Notes under the pieces: model-generated
Databases searched by the model: none
Told to the model about the DNA's origin: nothing
Seen by the model: only the letters and a program-made list of their open reading frames with translations
Shown here: positions 62,290 to 64,000 of the stretch, one piece after another
How the letters are laid out: each line of letters starts with the position of its first letter
Numbering within the stretch: the first letter of the stretch is position 1
NCBI RefSeq assembly: GCF_039654945.1
Contig: NW_027361725.1
Coordinates: 17,856,001-17,920,000 of the forward strand
Direction: 5' to 3'
DNA length: 64,000 nt
DNA from: Dendrobates tinctorius
Taxonomy: Eukaryota
Translations under genes and position numbers: made by a program

Positions 62290-63868
62290 TATCGGGGGTA
62301 CCTGAGACCCAAGAGAACATGATTCGGGTCAGTTTTTACCGTCCCCAGTCACGTGATCACTGTCATTCACTGAATAAGGGCGATCACAAAAAACATCAGC
62401 TTTTCCATTCATTTCTCTCTCCTCTGATATGATTTAGCATACCAGAGGAGAGAGAAATGGAGTCCCCCATATCATCCGGTACCTCCGCCATCCCAGGACT
62501 CTCCTGCTCCATTCCCCGGCCCTCCACATCATTTTCCTGGAATAAAATGGTGAACTTGTGCGCAGTGCACCCACCGAGATCTGTCGGCTGGCACCTGGCA
62601 ACAAAAGGAGATTTTTCCTATTGGTTCACTTTGATCACTGTGATCACAGTAATCAAAATAAAAAAAAATAGTAAACCAAACCCTCCTTTGTCACCCCCTT
62701 AGTTAGATAAAAATAATAAAAATATGTTTTTATTTATTCCATTCTTTGAGGTTAGCGTTGGCACTAGGGTTAGGGTTGAGGTTAAAACAGTGGTTAGGGT
62801 TGTTTATGGTTAGGGTTGGGGCTAGGGATGAGTTGAGGTTAGGGTTGTGTCAGGGTTAGGGTTGTGGTGTTGGGGTTACAGTTGTGGTGTTGGTGTCAGG
62901 GTAGTGAATGGTTGGAGTTAGGGTTGGGGTTAGGGTTATGGTTATAGTTGGGATTAGAGTTAGGGGTGTGTTGAGGTTGGGGTTAGGACTGTGTTAGGGT
63001 TGGAGATAGAATTGTTTAGGCACATCAGGGGGTCTCCAAATGTGACATGGTGCCCGCAATCAATTCCAGGAAATTTTGCGTTAAAAAAGTCAAACAGTGG
63101 TCCCAACCTTCTAAGCTCTGCTGTGCACCCAAACAGTGGCTTTCCCCGACATTTGGGGTATTGTGTTCTTTTGTATTTTGTAGTCCATTTTATCCTGATA
63201 CCCTTGCAAAAATTAAAAAGTTTAAGTCTGAAGTACATTTTTTGTGAAAAAAGTTAAATGTTAATTTTTCCTTCCACATTGCTTTAGTTCTAGAAAAACA
63301 CCTGAATGGTTATTAATCTTCTTGAATGTAGTTTTGCGCACCTTGAGGGGCCCAGTTTTTATAATGGTGTCACTTTTGGGTATTTTCTGTCGTATAGACC
63401 CCTCAAAGTCACTTCAAATGTGATGTAGTCCCTAAAATAAAATTGTTTGTCAATTTTGTTGGAAAAATGAGAAATAGCTGGTCAACTTTTAAAACTTATA
63501 ATGTCCTAACAAAAAAAAATTATGTTTCCAAAATTGTGCTAATGTAAAGTTTACATGTGGGAAATGTCATTTATTAACTATTTTGTGTGACATGCCTCTC
63601 TGATTTAAAGGCACAAAAATTAAGTTTGAAAATTGCTAAATTTTTAAAATTTTTGCCTATTTTCCGTTTTTTTTTTTATAAATAAACGCAAGTCATATCG
63701 AAGAAATTTTACCACTAACATGAAGTACAATATGTCACAAAATGCAATCTCAGAATCAGTGGGATCCATTGAAGTGTTCCAGAGCTTTAACATCATAAAG
63801 TGATAGTGGTCGGAATTGTAAAAAGTGACCCGGTCATTAAGGTCAAAATTGGCTCTGTCACTAAGGGG
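62290..63868 (+). mobile_element. Second, shorter copy of the TTAGGG-containing non-autonomous transposon
   Basis: Colinear with 53545-53940 + 59781-61864; TTAGGG-like tract at 62750-63005; ends CACTAAGGGG-TTAA. Confidence 0.8.
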
Positions 63869-64000
63869 TTAATTGGTTCCATTCTGTGAGTTGTGGAATT
63901 AATAAAAAAAGCTACAAATCTTGGCCTTTTCTTGTCATTTTTTTATAGAGATAACTGTGTGGTATAAACTACTAAACTACATGTTAACTTTATTCTTGGA

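Overview
This 64-kb window is eukaryotic and almost entirely transposon-derived. The TE repertoire suggests an anuran amphibian (inference). No intact host gene is visible. It contains: two nearly identical, oppositely oriented young CR1 LINEs; two full-length decayed chromodomain Ty3/Gypsy elements plus a related solo LTR, all with 6-bp TSDs, the full-length ones with a tRNA-independent self-priming site; a Penelope/Neptune-type RT+GIY-YIG element inserted in a Gmr1-like Gypsy relic; a 7.4-kb hAT element with TIRs and TSD; several Tc1, MITE, piggyBac-like and solo-LTR relics; and satellites. The most unusual item is an intronless, 3'-truncated, poly(A)-less INTS2 retrocopy that appears to retain its 5' end. 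It sits between two 392-bp direct repeats that include the tail of a Penelope-like repeat. At least five degenerate minimal hammerhead-ribozyme motifs are scattered across the window. One or two candidate lone host exons were noticed. Family assignments rest on motif recognition only; no searches were run.
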